In this document: piece by piece, positions 25,455 to 37,715 of the stretch
Layout of the letters: each line of letters opens with the position of its first letter
How positions within the stretch are numbered: position 1 is the stretch's first letter
Source of the DNA: Hemiscyllium ocellatum
Lineage: Eukaryota
Length of the DNA stretch: 64,000 nucleotides
Assembly: GCF_020745735.1 (NCBI RefSeq)
Contig: NC_083409.1
Coordinates: forward strand, 19,984,341 to 20,048,340
Direction: 5' to 3'
Notes under the pieces: generated by a model
What the model saw: the letters and a program-made list of their open reading frames with translations, nothing else
Databases searched by the model: none
Told to the model about the DNA's origin: nothing
Position numbers and translations under genes: made by a program

Positions 25455-26155
25455 CCTTTACACAGGTTCCTCAATTATCCGAATATCGGATTATCCGAAG
25501 GTGATCTTAAGGTTCCGATAGAAACATTACATCAAAGAGCGATTTCAATCCTGATCACGTTTTCTGTTTACAGGTACAATGATTAAAAGCACGCTCGACT
25601 CACTGAAATGCTGCCGAGGACAGTCCTGACCAGTCCAGGCACCATCTCCAAATGACTGACCTCCTGCCCTCTCTCTCTCCCCCAACACTCTCCCTGGAGT
25701 TCTAAACAGGGGTGAACCCCAAACACCCCCCCCATCCCCAGATTATCACTCCAACATTGCCCTGTACAGGACAGAGGCAGAACCTGTCAAAATGTTACGT
25801 GCGCTATTTGGAGACTTATCCTACAAAGGCAGCAGCAGTCGTACTGTTGGTGTACGTTCGGCTGCCCGATGGCATGGGGGGGTGGGTCAGGGCTTCGGAC
25901 GGTAGGTGGGGATGGATGGGGGTGCAGGGTTCAGGGAGTAGGGTTGGGACCGGTCGAGGAGCGGGGTAGGATCAGACGGACGATAGGTTTGGGGTTAGGG
26001 TGGGCAGGTTCTCGCGGGCAATGTGCTTTTGCTGAGTCTCCTGATCGGGGATCAGACTTCACAGACCCAGAGGAAATCAATTAACCGAATAATCAATTAT
26101 CCGAATGAAATAGTGCCTGCCCATCTCGTTTGGGTAATCGAGGTTCCTCTGTATA
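25455..26155. mobile_element. Tigger-like non-autonomous DNA transposon inserted in env
   Basis: Right end GTAATCGAGGTTCCTCTGTA is the same TIR as the MITE at 56816; the left end is degenerate (ACAGGTTCCTCAATTATCCGAA). Confidence 0.6.
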
Positions 26156-26819
26156 CAGTTCCTGTATTCAATAGTTACTGTAATTAAGATGATGAGCTGG
26201 AAAGATACTATGCACTCCCAATCTCCCTCTGTTACCAATGGTTTCTTTACTCAAGCTAAACCCCCGATCCATGTGTTATTTGTTCACTCTTCCATCATTC
26301 TGATGTACAGTGTACAAATAGGATTCACCCACTTATGCAACCCCTCATTTATGATGGCAAAACGCATTCGGTAGAAGGTGCGTCTCTATGTGAAGTGCAC
26401 TAACAAACGTCAAGGATTCAACTTTGACGTTGTTTTGCTGTTAGAATGGTGCGTTGAAAGAACATCCGGTACCCAAGACATGGGGAAAGTGAAGCCAGCA
26501 CTGTGTAAGTGCTCTTCATCCGTTAATACACTTGGACATCCAAATGTTTGAGAGCACCCACTATTTACAAGATTCAGCTCTCGCCCTGAGTGGACTCATC
26601 ATTCACGCACAGAAGTGCGCCTTTGGAACTCCTTTTAGCCTTCATTGACAATGTGAAAACAAAGGCCACCCATATCTACCCAATGACTGGTACCAATGTT
26701 GTGCCCTAGTACAAAATTTATCACTTTTTACCCTCCACCATGAAGTATCTGAGGTAGGTGATGAATGAACGCCTACCAACATGTGAAGCATAATGGAACA
26801 AAACGTAGAGGAAATACAA

Positions 26820-27079
26820 GGCGGCACGGTGGCACAGTGGTTAGCACTGCTGCCTCACAGCGCCAGGGACCTGGGTTCAATTCCCGCCTCAGGCGACTGA
26901 CTGTGTGGAGTTTGCACGTTCTCCCCGTGTCTGTGTGGGTTTCCTCCGGGTGCTCCGGTTTCCTCCCACCGTCATAAACATGTGCGGGTCAGGTGAATTG
27001 GCCAAACAAAATTGCCCGTAGTGTTAGGTAAGGGGTACAAGTAGGGGTATGGGTGGGTTGCCTTCGGCGGGTCGGTGTG
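26820..27079 (+). mobile_element. HE1-type SINE, 3' truncated, inserted just after the env cleavage site
   Basis: A box TGGCACAGTGG, B box GGTTCAATTCC; nearly identical to 28234-28543. Confidence 0.92.
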
Positions 27080-27750
27080 TCCCAGCAAGTTGCTGGGAGG
27101 CCTCACTCCAGGCTGGGATGTTGAGAAGGCCCGAGATCAGATAACTGACCTTGTGCATGACATCGATACACTTGCCAACTCAACTATCCACGCTTTGAAA
27201 CTGGTGAACAAAGAGGTACGGGAGACCTGGATGGTAACACTTCAGAATTGGCTCATGCTACGTTTCCTCCTTGCTGAAGGAGGTGCTTGTTCTGTTATTG
27301 GCCAACAATGTTGCATCTACATCAATGATTTCTCTAAAGACATTTTGGTCAACTTAGATGTTATCAACAAAACTGGTCAAGATGTAGGGAAGACACCTGC
27401 CGCTCCATCATCCGATCCATATGGATGGAGTATTACTTGCTGGCTTTGGTCGCTGTGTGGAACGTACTGATAAGGCCCCGGTCTCATCCTAGGAATATTC
27501 AGTGTCATCCACTTATGCATGGAATGGACCGTACATTGCTTTTCGCCTAAGCCAAAGAGGAATCTTGTTAATCGACCCTTGCCTACCCCGTAGCTCCACG
27601 TCTGAACGTCTCCACTGAAATCCAGTATCTTTCCACTCTGATCCTCCAGACAATGACTCGCAAGAGGAAGCACTCAAATTATTGAGAATACAAATAGACT
27701 GAATGAACTAATTATACTTGTATAACTTATGTAGTTGTCATGAAATGACT

Positions 27751-27761
27751 AAAGGAGGGAA
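27751..27761 (+). promoter_or_regulatory. Polypurine tract
   Basis: AAAGGAGGGAA immediately before the TG of the 3' LTR. Confidence 0.85.
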
Positions 27762-29610
27762 TGAGAAAGTTTATAGCCTTAAAACATTTTGACTAAATGT
27801 AATGTTGAATTATAGAACACATTTGTTGCACAGTAGAAAATAAATAGGACTGCCAGGGACGCGCCAGGCCGCAAAAGGGGGAAACCAGGATGTGTAGAAG
27901 ATAAAAACATCTGTTCTCACCAAGTGGTAACAGGATGCTCCAAGGCAATTAAGAACAATTGCCTTAACAGCAATGAATCTGTGTAAACAGGACACAGAGT
28001 GATAACATTCATGGGTGTTCACTTGTGAAATTAATGACAAGTGTTTAATTCTGATCTCTGACTTGGTATCATCCTGCAAGCATGTCAAAAGCCTTGTAAT
28101 TAATGGTCAGGTCGTATTAATTATACTGGATTCTTATTACCCATGCAGGCTCGGCAGACAGAAAGGGAAAAACATTATTCTGATACAGTCCCTTACCTGG
28201 GTGTTCAAAAAGACACTAGAGTGAGAGAAAGACGGGCAGCACGGTGGCACAGTGGTTAGCACTGCTGCCTCACAGCGCCAGGGACCTGGGTTCAATTCCC
28301 GCCTCAGGCGACTGACTGTGTGGAGATTGCACATTCTCCCCGTGTCTGCGTGGGTTTCCTCCGGGTGCTCCGGTTTCCTCCCACAGTCCAAAGATGTGCG
28401 GGTCAGGTGAATTGGCCATGCTAAATTGCCTGTAGTGTTAGGTAAGGGGTATATGTAGGGGTATGGGTGGGTTGCGCTTCGGCGGGTCGGTGTGGACTTG
28501 TTAAGGGCCTGTTTCCACACTGTAAGTCTAATCAAGTCTAATCAAAACAACATTTTAACGCTGAGATTGCCAAAACCAATAGAAAATTAACTGTGGTTTG
28601 GTTTGAATGCATGCTTACTTGTTGTGGATTCAATATAGAAAACAGGTGCAGGAGTAGGCCATTCGGCCCTTCAAGCTAGCACCATCATTTATTATGGCCA
28701 TGGCTGATTATGTACAATCATTATCCTGTTCCGGTGTTATCTCCATAACCCTTGTTTTGAACTTAATTGCATTTTGGGACTTTATGATTATTTTGATTAA
28801 CAATCGCTGATTATGAAATGCAAATTCTGTAAAACGTAATGCTGACGAAGCTTTTAACTTACTTGCTGTTCTTACAGACCGTGACTGCCCCACTATCAAT
28901 TCTAACGAGTCAGATCTATGTCCTCTTTGAATTTGAACCACAACCCTGAAAAGAAAAAAAATGTCTAATTCAAGACAAATGAATCGTTTGAAATACAACT
29001 TTACAGTAACAATTCAGCCTCAGGTTCAGAATGATTGTTTGCTTAAGATAAAAAGCAAGAGTCTGCTCATAGTTTAAAAATTATTCTCACCCAATATAGA
29101 AGAGATTCTGACACAATCTATGAGGTAGCCATTTTTTAAATGCCCTCCTCGCTAAGAAGCCATTTTGTAAAAAACGATACTTGACATGCAAGGTTAACTT
29201 ACGACTTCTCCCACTTAGTTTCGACTGGTACCTCCTTATTGTCAGGACTTGTCTCGCCAAGTGCTTAAATCTAATCAAATGCAATGTTTTTGTAAAATTT
29301 TGTATGAAGGAAACCTGTTTGTGACAGGAGAGTTACCTGCTAGAGCTCTTCAAGGCAGAGCTGGTCGCTACTCTCCTAAGATTTTAGAATCTTAGTTAGT
29401 CTGGCTAATAAGTCCCAGTGTTATGTTGTAACAGTGATGTTATTGGTAAATAAAGGGGAAGACTAAAATTAAACTAAAAACTGTCCATAAGATGTTTTTA
29501 TTCCAGGCTATTCCAGACTCAGAGTACGATCGCTGGGACAAACCAAGAGAGGCTTACAGGTCTGAGGCCACAAGGGATTCCTTGGGCGATCTCAAATCTG
29601 TACTTTAACA
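27762..29610 (+). repeat. 3' LTR (longer than the 5' LTR; contains an HE1 SINE and other inserts)
   Basis: Homology to the 5' LTR at 27762-28230 and 29300-29610; AATAAA near 29449. Confidence 0.75.
28234..28543 (+). mobile_element. HE1-type tRNA-derived V-SINE, full length
   Basis: Pol III A/B boxes, conserved core and TCTAATC-type tail. Confidence 0.93.
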
Positions 29611-30439
29611 TCAGTGCCTGCTAATTTTCATATAACATACGTTGTTGCCTCAAATCTGTGCTCATCTTTCCCAAATTCTACATGTAAACCCTTCCAATCA
29701 AGTTTGTAATTTGCCACATTTTTGAAATAACTCTTATCCAAGCCACATCTAACACGACGACTGAAGTAAATTGTTTTATTCTCCGTCTCAATCTACACAC
29801 ATCTCCGTCTAACACACAATTCTCCTAAAACACAATCTTCTGGTATCCAGCTGGCAGCTCAGGGGCTGTTATCATTTAGTCCCAATTCTATGGATGTGTT
29901 TGTAGCCAAAGAAGCCAATGAACTTAGCCTTTATTGCCTCCTCAATTATGACAGTTATTGAACAGTTCCTTCAAAACTAAAACCTTCCATCTAAAAGAAC
30001 AACGTCAGATATATGGGAAAACTACTACCTGCAAATTCCCCTTCAAGCCACTCACCATTCTGACTTAGAAATATACTGACACTCATTCACTATCACTGGT
30101 TCAAAATACAGCAACTCCACCCAAGGGCACTGAGGATCTACCTACAGCACACACACTGCAGTGGTTCAAGGCAGCCCACGACCACCTACTCAAAGGTAAC
30201 TCGGTATGAACAATAATGCTGGACCAGCAGGACACCCACATCCCCTACATTCTTGTTTTCCGTAATAACAGATGAGCAGGGGTTTCCTCCAACTGAAGAT
30301 TAAAGTAATTGCTTTGAATCCAGTCTCCATTACAACAGTAGTTGAAGCCAGTCTGGACAATCTTGGTGTCAGATTTGACTCTGAGAGGAGCTCCAAGCCT
30401 CACTGGGCTGTTCTCTCTGACACTGAGCCGTTCCGTTTT

Positions 30440-31010
30440 GAATTCCCCGCGATCCAAACACTCGTGCACCGTGGCCGGTCATGCCGCGCCTGCGCAATGA
30501 CACATTGGCCGACAGAGGCGCGCCTGCGTACGACCCAAGGCCGGTAATCCCACGCCTGCGCAATGACACCGCGTCATATCGTACCGCGCCTGCGCAATGA
30601 CACTGCTGCGGGTAACCTGACGGCTTTCTCTCAAATGTAATCCCCGCTGTCCCGGTCAACACCGGAGCCGGCATCGGCGGGTCCACCACCCAAACAATAC
30701 ACGAACACATAGAAAACCCTCCCCCACTGAGGGAAAAGGAGGAATTCGTGCAAGGCAATGGAATCGGTCGCACTCCAATTATTATAAACTACTATTTTAA
30801 ATATAAGTACGACTTGAATAATTGGTTTCACTTCAGTCTGTTCAACTTTTTTTTACCGAATAAGTACCAAGCGAGATACAGCGATTCATTGGCGCCACGT
30901 TGAGGCGTAAGACCAGCAGGGAGGGTGGTCCCTGTGATCACGTGAGCAAATACGACCTGTTGTGTGGCATGACGTCACTGGCCCCGCCTCCAGCAGCGCT
31001 GATGAATGAA
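30440..31010. promoter_or_regulatory. CpG-island-like promoter block
   Basis: Locally CpG-rich; repeated GCGCCTGCGCA (NRF1-type) at 30486, 30520, 30552 and 30586; TCACGTGA 30938-45; TGACGTCA 30970-77; GC box near 30981. Confidence 0.65.
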
Positions 31011-32084
31011 TGAGCTCTTCCCAAGGAAGTAGTGACCCATCCAATCCAGGGTCCAATCCAGGAAGCAGCAAATGCTCACCTCCCAGCGCACACACATGTG
31101 TCTTTCCAAAGGTCTAGTCCACCCACAAAGGACCAGGCTGACCCACAGAGGAATCTTTCCTCTGGAAAGGTGCATTATCTCACAGGGGACTCAGTCCAAC
31201 ATCAAAAACGTGAAGGCACATGCAAAAGCAAAACAAAGAAAACCAGAACGCAAGGACTAAGACCTGCCACAAAATCAACATAATCCTTTAAGATTTGGTA
31301 TTCTTCCAATTCTGTCCTGATCAGAACAAAATTAAAAGCTTCAAACAGCATTTCCCTTTTCAGAAAAAGTAAATTGAGTTTGAAAGAACGTCAGCCCCTG
31401 AAATGTTATCTGTATCTTTCCCCACAAATGCTGACTAAACTTGATGGGTACTTCCGGACAATCCTGTTTAAATCAGACACTTTGTGGGAGTGTTATCGGA
31501 CAAAATAAAATCACCAAGAGCCAGAAAAGGCACTACGAAACAAGATGACCCAATGCTTTATTGAAGGGATAGGTTTTAAGGAGCAGCATGTAGGATGAAA
31601 AAGAGACAGAAAGGCAGTTTCAGAGCTTAGGGCCTCGACAGCTGAGGGGACTGTCTTCAATGGTGAAATAAATAGGTAGCACAGCCACAATAAGAGACAG
31701 GCTGCATGAGTTGTCCATCTCCCAGCAGCTGAGTCAGTTCACCCAGCAGTTAATCTCTCCTCTCCTGTCTTACCCTACCTCAGGTCATGTGGCATGTAAA
31801 AACCCGTAATCTGTTTTCCCCTCACATGTTTGTGGTGTCTGGGTACCATTTACTGCCTGTCCCTAATAGCCCTGGAGAATGGGGTATATGGAGTGTATAT
31901 TGCACGAGTACACACACTGCTGTTGGAGAAGGAGTTACAAGATCCGTATCTCACCACAGTGAAAGAACACTGATACATTTCCACGTCTGCTGCCCTTGGC
32001 TTTCTGGATGGTGAGGCCATGGGTTTGGAGTATGGTTGATTTATTGCAGCGTGGTCAACCTTGTGATTGAAGGAAGATCATTGA

Positions 32085-34430
32085 TGTAGCAGTGAAGATC
32101 ATAGAGACCCTTCAGTCTAACTTGTCCATGCTGACAGGATATCCTAACCTAATCTAGTCCCATTTGCCAGCACTTGGCCCATATCCCTCTAAACCCTTCC
32201 TATGCTTTTATCCATCCAGATGCCTTTTAAATGCTGTAATTGTACCAGCTTCCACCACTTCCTCTGGCAGCTTATTTCATACATGCACCACCTTCTGCGT
32301 GAAAAAGTTGTCTCTAAAGTTCATTTTATATCTTTCCCCTCTACCCTAAAACTGAGCGCTCTAGTTCTGGACTTCCTGACCCCAGGGAAAAGACTTTGTC
32401 TATTCACCCTATCCACGCCCTTCATAATTTTATAAAACTCTATAAGGTCAGCCCTCAGCCTCCGACGCTTCAGGGAAAACAGCCTCAGCCTAATCAGCCT
32501 CTCCGTGCAGCTCAACTCTTTCAACCATGGCAACAGCCTTGTAAATCTTTTCTGAACCCTTTCAAGTTTCACAACATCCTTCTGATAGGAAGGAGACCAG
32601 AATTGTACACAATATTCCAAAAGTGGTCTAACCAATGCTCTGTATAGCCGCAACATGACCTCCCAACTCTCTGTACTCAATACTCTGACCAGTAAAGGAA
32701 AGTATACCAAACACCTCCTTCACTATCCTATCTACCTGCAACTCTACTTTCAAGGAACTATGAACCTGCTCTCCAAGGCCTCTTTGTTCAGCACCTCTCT
32801 GTAGGATCTTACCGTTAAGTATATAAGTCCTGCTCTGATTTGCTTTTCCAAAATGCAGCACCTCACATTTATCTAAATTAAACTCCATCTGCAACTCGTC
32901 AGCCCATTGGCTATCTGATCAAGATCCCATTGTACTCTGTTGTAACCTTCTTCGCTGTCCACACTGCCTCCAATTTTGGTGTCATCTGCAAACTTATTAA
33001 CTATACCTCTTATATTCACATCCAAATCATTTATATGAATTATGAAAGGTAGTGGACCCAGCACCGAACCTTGTGGCACTCCACTGGTCACAGGCCTCCA
33101 GTCTGAAAAACAACCCTCCACCACCACTCTCTGTCTTCTACCTCTGAGCCAGTTCTGTATCCAAATGTACAGTTCTCCCTGTATTCTGTGAGATCTAACC
33201 TTGCTAACCAATCTCCCATGAGGAACCTTGTCGAACGCCTTACTGAAGTCCATTTGGATCACTTGCACTGCTTTGTCCTCATCAATTTTCTTTGTGATCT
33301 TCAAAAACCCCAATCAAGTTTGTGAGGCATGATTTCCACGTACAAAGCCATACAGACTATCCCTAATCAGTCCTTGCCTTTCCAAATGCATGTAAATCCT
33401 GTCCCTCAGGATTCCCTTCAATAACTTGCCCACCACCGACGTCGGGCTCTTTGGTCTATAGTTCCATGGCTTTTCCTTACCCCTTTTCTTAAACAAGGGC
33501 ATCACATTAGCCAACCTCCAGGCTTCCGGTACCTCACCTGTGACTATCGATCATACAAATATCTTAGCAAAGGGCCCAGCAATCACTTCCCTAGCCTCCC
33601 ACAGAATTCTAGGGTACACCTGATCAGGTCCTTAGGATTTATTAACTTTTATGTATTTCGAGACTTTCAGCACATCCTCCTCTGAAATATGAACATTTTC
33701 CAAGGTGTCACCATCTGTTTCCCCACATTCTATATCTTCCATTTCCTTCTCCACAGTACCCTGATGCAAAGTACTCATTTTCTATCTTCGCCATCTCCTG
33801 CGGTTGTACACACAGGCTGCCTTGCTGATCTTTGAGGGGCCCTATTCTCTCCCCAGTTCTCATCCTTTTGTCCTTAATGCATATATAAAAACTCTTTGGA
33901 TTCTCCTTAACCCTATTTGACAAGGCTATCGCATGTTCCCTATTTGCCCTCCTGATTTCCCTCTTAAGTATACTCCTATTGCCTTTATACTCTTCAAAGG
34001 ATTCACTCGATCTCTGCTGTCTATACCTGACATGTGCTTCCTACTTTTTCTGAACTAAAATCTCAATTTCTCTAGTCATCCAACATTCCCTACACCTCTC
34101 AGCCTTACTTTCACCCTAAAAGGAATGCACTCTCTCTGGCTTCCCTTTTCCCAGCCGTCCCTTTACCTTTCTAGCCGAATACTGTCAAAGTTAGCCTTCC
34201 TTCAATTTAAAACTTCAACTTTTAGATGTGGTTTATCCTTTTTCATCATTATTTTAAAACTAATAGAATTGTGATAGCTGGCCCCAAAGTGCTCCCCCAC
34301 TGACATTCAGTCACTTGTCCTGCCTTATTTCCCAATAGTAAGTCAAGTTTTCTACCTTCTCTATTTGGTACATCCACATACCGAATCAGAAAAGTCTCTT
34401 GATGATTGATCCTGACTCATTACCCTGAGG
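32085..34430 (-). mobile_element. CR1 LINE, 5'-truncated ORF2 (RT)
   Basis: MDFSKAFDKVPHGRL...[19 protein letters not shown]...KFADDTK (32873-33313); LEYCVQFWSP. Confidence 0.93.
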
Positions 34431-35179
34431 AACTCCTGCAATGATGTCCTTGGACTGAGATGTTTAAGTTCAATTCCCTCCTCCACTACTTTAGTAATCC
34501 TTTCAAAAATTAAATCAGGCAAGTTCCATCAGGCATGACCTATAATTGACAAATCTGTACTGCTAGTCTCTGATTAGCTGAACATTTTCAAGGTGTACAG
34601 TCACCTTAACCTTACTTATCCACTGTAGTAATTCCCTAGCAACAGATGTTGTGCTAACAGGTCTATAATTCCTTCATTGTCATCTCTCACTTTTCTTAAA
34701 CAGTGGAATGACATGAAAAATTTTCCCATTTAAATGAATGCTACCAAATGGAGAGAACTTTGGAAGATTATGAAGTCAAAGCATCTGAAATGTTCTGACC
34801 AGCTTCCTTCAAAATTTGATGATAGAAACCACCTAATCCTGAGGGTTTGTCATCATTTAGTAAAATTATATTCTACATTGCTGTTGTTAATTTTGAAGAG
34901 TGCCCATCACTGATCCAATATTAATTTCCTTGGAACAGCCAGCTGGCATCTTCCTCCTCAGTAGATAATGATCCAGTGTAATTCCTTAGTCACTGTGCTC
35001 ACCTTTCTTACTTTTCATTGGCAATGTCACTATTGTCAATTTTCATACTTTGGTCCTGACCACCCTGTATTCCATGACATAATTGTAAATGACATTGGAT
35101 AGCACTAAAGGGTTAAAAGTGAAATTAACAACAGAATCATGAAGTTGTCACGGCGTAGGAGATGTCCTTTGGTCCATCG

Positions 35180-35710
35180 TGTATGTACTAGCTCTCTGAA
35201 TGAGTGTTATGACTCAATGCCAATTTCCTGCCTCTTCCCAATGACCCCAGACATTGTTTCTGTTTAACCAACCGTCCAGTACTCCACGTGAACCTGCTTC
35301 CACCACAATTCCAGGCTGTGCATTACAGATGCTAATTGCTTGCTGTGTGAGAAGATTTTCTTCTCGTGTTAATTTTGTTTCTTTGTGAATAACCATGAAT
35401 CTGTACCCCCTCATGCTTGATCCTTTTAGGAGGGGTAACACTTTCTCCCTAGTCACTCTGTCCAGACCCTCCATGATTTTGAAAGTTTCAATCAAATCTC
35501 CTCTCAGCCTTCAACTCTCCAAGGAAAACAGTCTCAACATCTTCCATCTTTCTTCCCAATTGAAGTACCTCATCCCTGGAATATTCGTGTAAATCACTCT
35601 GGACTCTCTCCAATGTGTTCACATACTTTCCCGAGCATGACTCCCAGAACACAATAGTACACAACAGAATGCAGGAACTATCTAGAAAGTGTGACCCTGC
35701 AATAATGAAC
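35180..35710 (-). mobile_element. Older CR1 3' fragment
   Basis: MIETFKIMEGLDRVTREKVLPL. Confidence 0.75.
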
Positions 35711-37498
35711 AATGGTCAAAAGAGCTGAACTAAGCAAAGTATGCAAAACTGTACTTAACCAAAATTAGCCACATTTGCAGAACACAGAACATAGAACAAT
35801 ACAGCGCAGAACAGGCCCTTCGTCCCACGATGTTTTGCCGACCAGTGAACTAATCTAAGCTCATCCCCCTACACTATCCCAACATCATCCATATGCTTAC
35901 TAAAGGACTGTTTAAATGCCCCTAATGTGGCTGAGTTAACTACATTGGCAGGTAGGGCACACCTTTACCACTCTCTGACTAAAGAACCTTCCTCAGACAT
36001 CTGTGTTAAATCTATCACCCCTCAATTTGCAGCTATGCCCGCTTGTACAAGCCAACATTATCATCCTTAGTAAAAGACTCTAACTGTCTACCCTACCTAA
36101 TCCTTTGATCATCTTGTATGTCTCTGTTAAATCCTTCTTAGCTTTCTTCTCTCCAATGAGAACGGACCCAAGTCCCTCAGCCTTTCCTCCTAAGACCTTC
36201 CCTCCAGACCAGGCACATCCTGGTAAATATCCTCTACACCTTTTCCAATGCTTCCACATCCTTCCTGTAATGGGGCGATCAGAACTGTACACAATATTCC
36301 AAGTGAGGTCACACTAGCATTTTGTACAGTGGCAGCATGACATCATGGCTCTGGAACTCAATCCCTCTACCAATAAAACCTAACGCACCGTGTGCCTTCC
36401 TAACAGCACCATCAACCTGGATGGTAACTTTCAAGGATCTATGCACATGCACTCCAAGATTCCTCTGCACATACACACTATCAATAATCTTTCCATTGAC
36501 CCAGCATTCTGCTTTCCTGTTATTCTTCCGAAAGTGAATCACCTCACATTTATCTGCATTGAACTCCATTTTCCATCTCTCAGCCCAATTATCCAAGTCC
36601 CCTTGCAACCTGCAACATTTTTCCACACTATCCACTACTCCACTGACTTTAGTGTCATCTGCAATTTTACTAACCCATCGACCTCTGCCTGCATCCAAAT
36701 CATTTATAAGAATGACAAACGGGTCCCAAAACAGATCCTTATGGCACACCACTAGTAACCGAACTTCAGGCTGAATATTTTCCACTCGCTGCCTTCTTAC
36801 AGAAAGCAAGTTTCTACTCCAAACTGCTGAATCACCCTCAATCCCATGCCTTGCATTTTCTCCAACAGCCTACCTTGTGGAACCTTATCAAAGGCTTTAC
36901 TGAAGTCCATGTACGCTACGTGAACTGCCCTACCCTCATCCATATGTTTGGTCACCTTCTCAAAAAACTCAGTGAGGTTTGTGAAACAAGACCTGCCCTT
37001 GACGAAACTATGTTGACTATCTGCCATCAAATTGTTGCTTGCTGGATGATTATAAATCTTACCTCTTATAATCCTTTTCAAAACTCTTCCTACAATAGAT
37101 GTAAGGCTACCTGGTCTATAATTACTTGGGTCATTTCTACTGCCATTCTTGAACAAGGGCATATCATTTGCAATCCTCCAGTCCTCTGGTACTAAACCTG
37201 CAGACAATGACGAATCAAAGATCAAAGCCAAAGGCTCCCAGGGAATCCGAAGATTTATGCCATCCAGCCCAGGGAACTTGTCTACTTTTACTCCTATCAG
37301 AATTGACAACATCTCTTCTTTACAAACCTCAATCTTTTCTAGTCTAATATCTTGTATCTCATTCTTCTCGTCGACAATATTCTCCTTTTCTTGAGTGAAA
37401 ACAGATGAGAAATATTCATTTAGCACTTCTCCGATCTCCACAGGGTGCACACACAACTTCCCACTGCTGTCTTTGACTGGCCCTATTCCTACCCTAGT

Positions 37499-37715
37499 TT
37501 AGATCAGAGTGGTACTGGAAAGGCACAGCAGGTCAGGCAGCATCGAGGAGCAAGGAAAATCGCCGTTTTGGGCAAAAGCCCTTCATCTATTCCTGAAGGG
37601 CTTTTGCCCAAAACATCGATTTTCCTGCTCATCGGATGCTGCCTGACCTGCTGTGCTTTTCCAGCACCACTCTGATCTAAACTCTGGTTTCCAGCATCTG
37701 CACTCCTCACTTTTG
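37499..37715. mobile_element. Fold-back (palindromic) Penelope-derived short element, 17-bp TSD
   Basis: Inverted arms of about 90 bp; TSD CCTATTCCTACCCTAGT at 37482-98 and 37716-32. Confidence 0.88.

Larger units (their letters stand above)
24943..27560 (+). pseudogene. env: Retroviral env (signal peptide, EGF-like module, CXXC, basic cleavage site, TM with ISD and CX6CC), disrupted by a MITE and a SINE
   Basis: CVIC at 26272-83; YLPNDW..CCALV; TKRR at 26798-809; TM LQNWLMLRFLLAEGGACSVIGQQCC at 27240-27314. Confidence 0.88.
22760..29610 (+). mobile_element. Degenerate class I (gamma/epsilon-like) endogenous retrovirus lacking gag-pro-RT
   Basis: LTR-like blocks starting TGAGGAAGTCTATAGCCTTAAAAC (22760) and TGAGAAAGTTTATAGCCTTAAAAC (27762), ending TTTATCA (23544) and TTTAACA (29610); PBS, integrase, env and PPT in the expected order. 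Confidence 0.9.

Noticed and set aside
26820-26890. tRNA-like sequence with A and B boxes (also 28234 and 60149)
   Set aside because: These are SINE heads, not tRNA genes: no complete cloverleaf, and each continues into the SINE body.
28818-28825. Octamer ATGCAAAT (Ig V promoter motif)
   Set aside because: Inside the ERV 3' LTR region, with no leader or V exon nearby.
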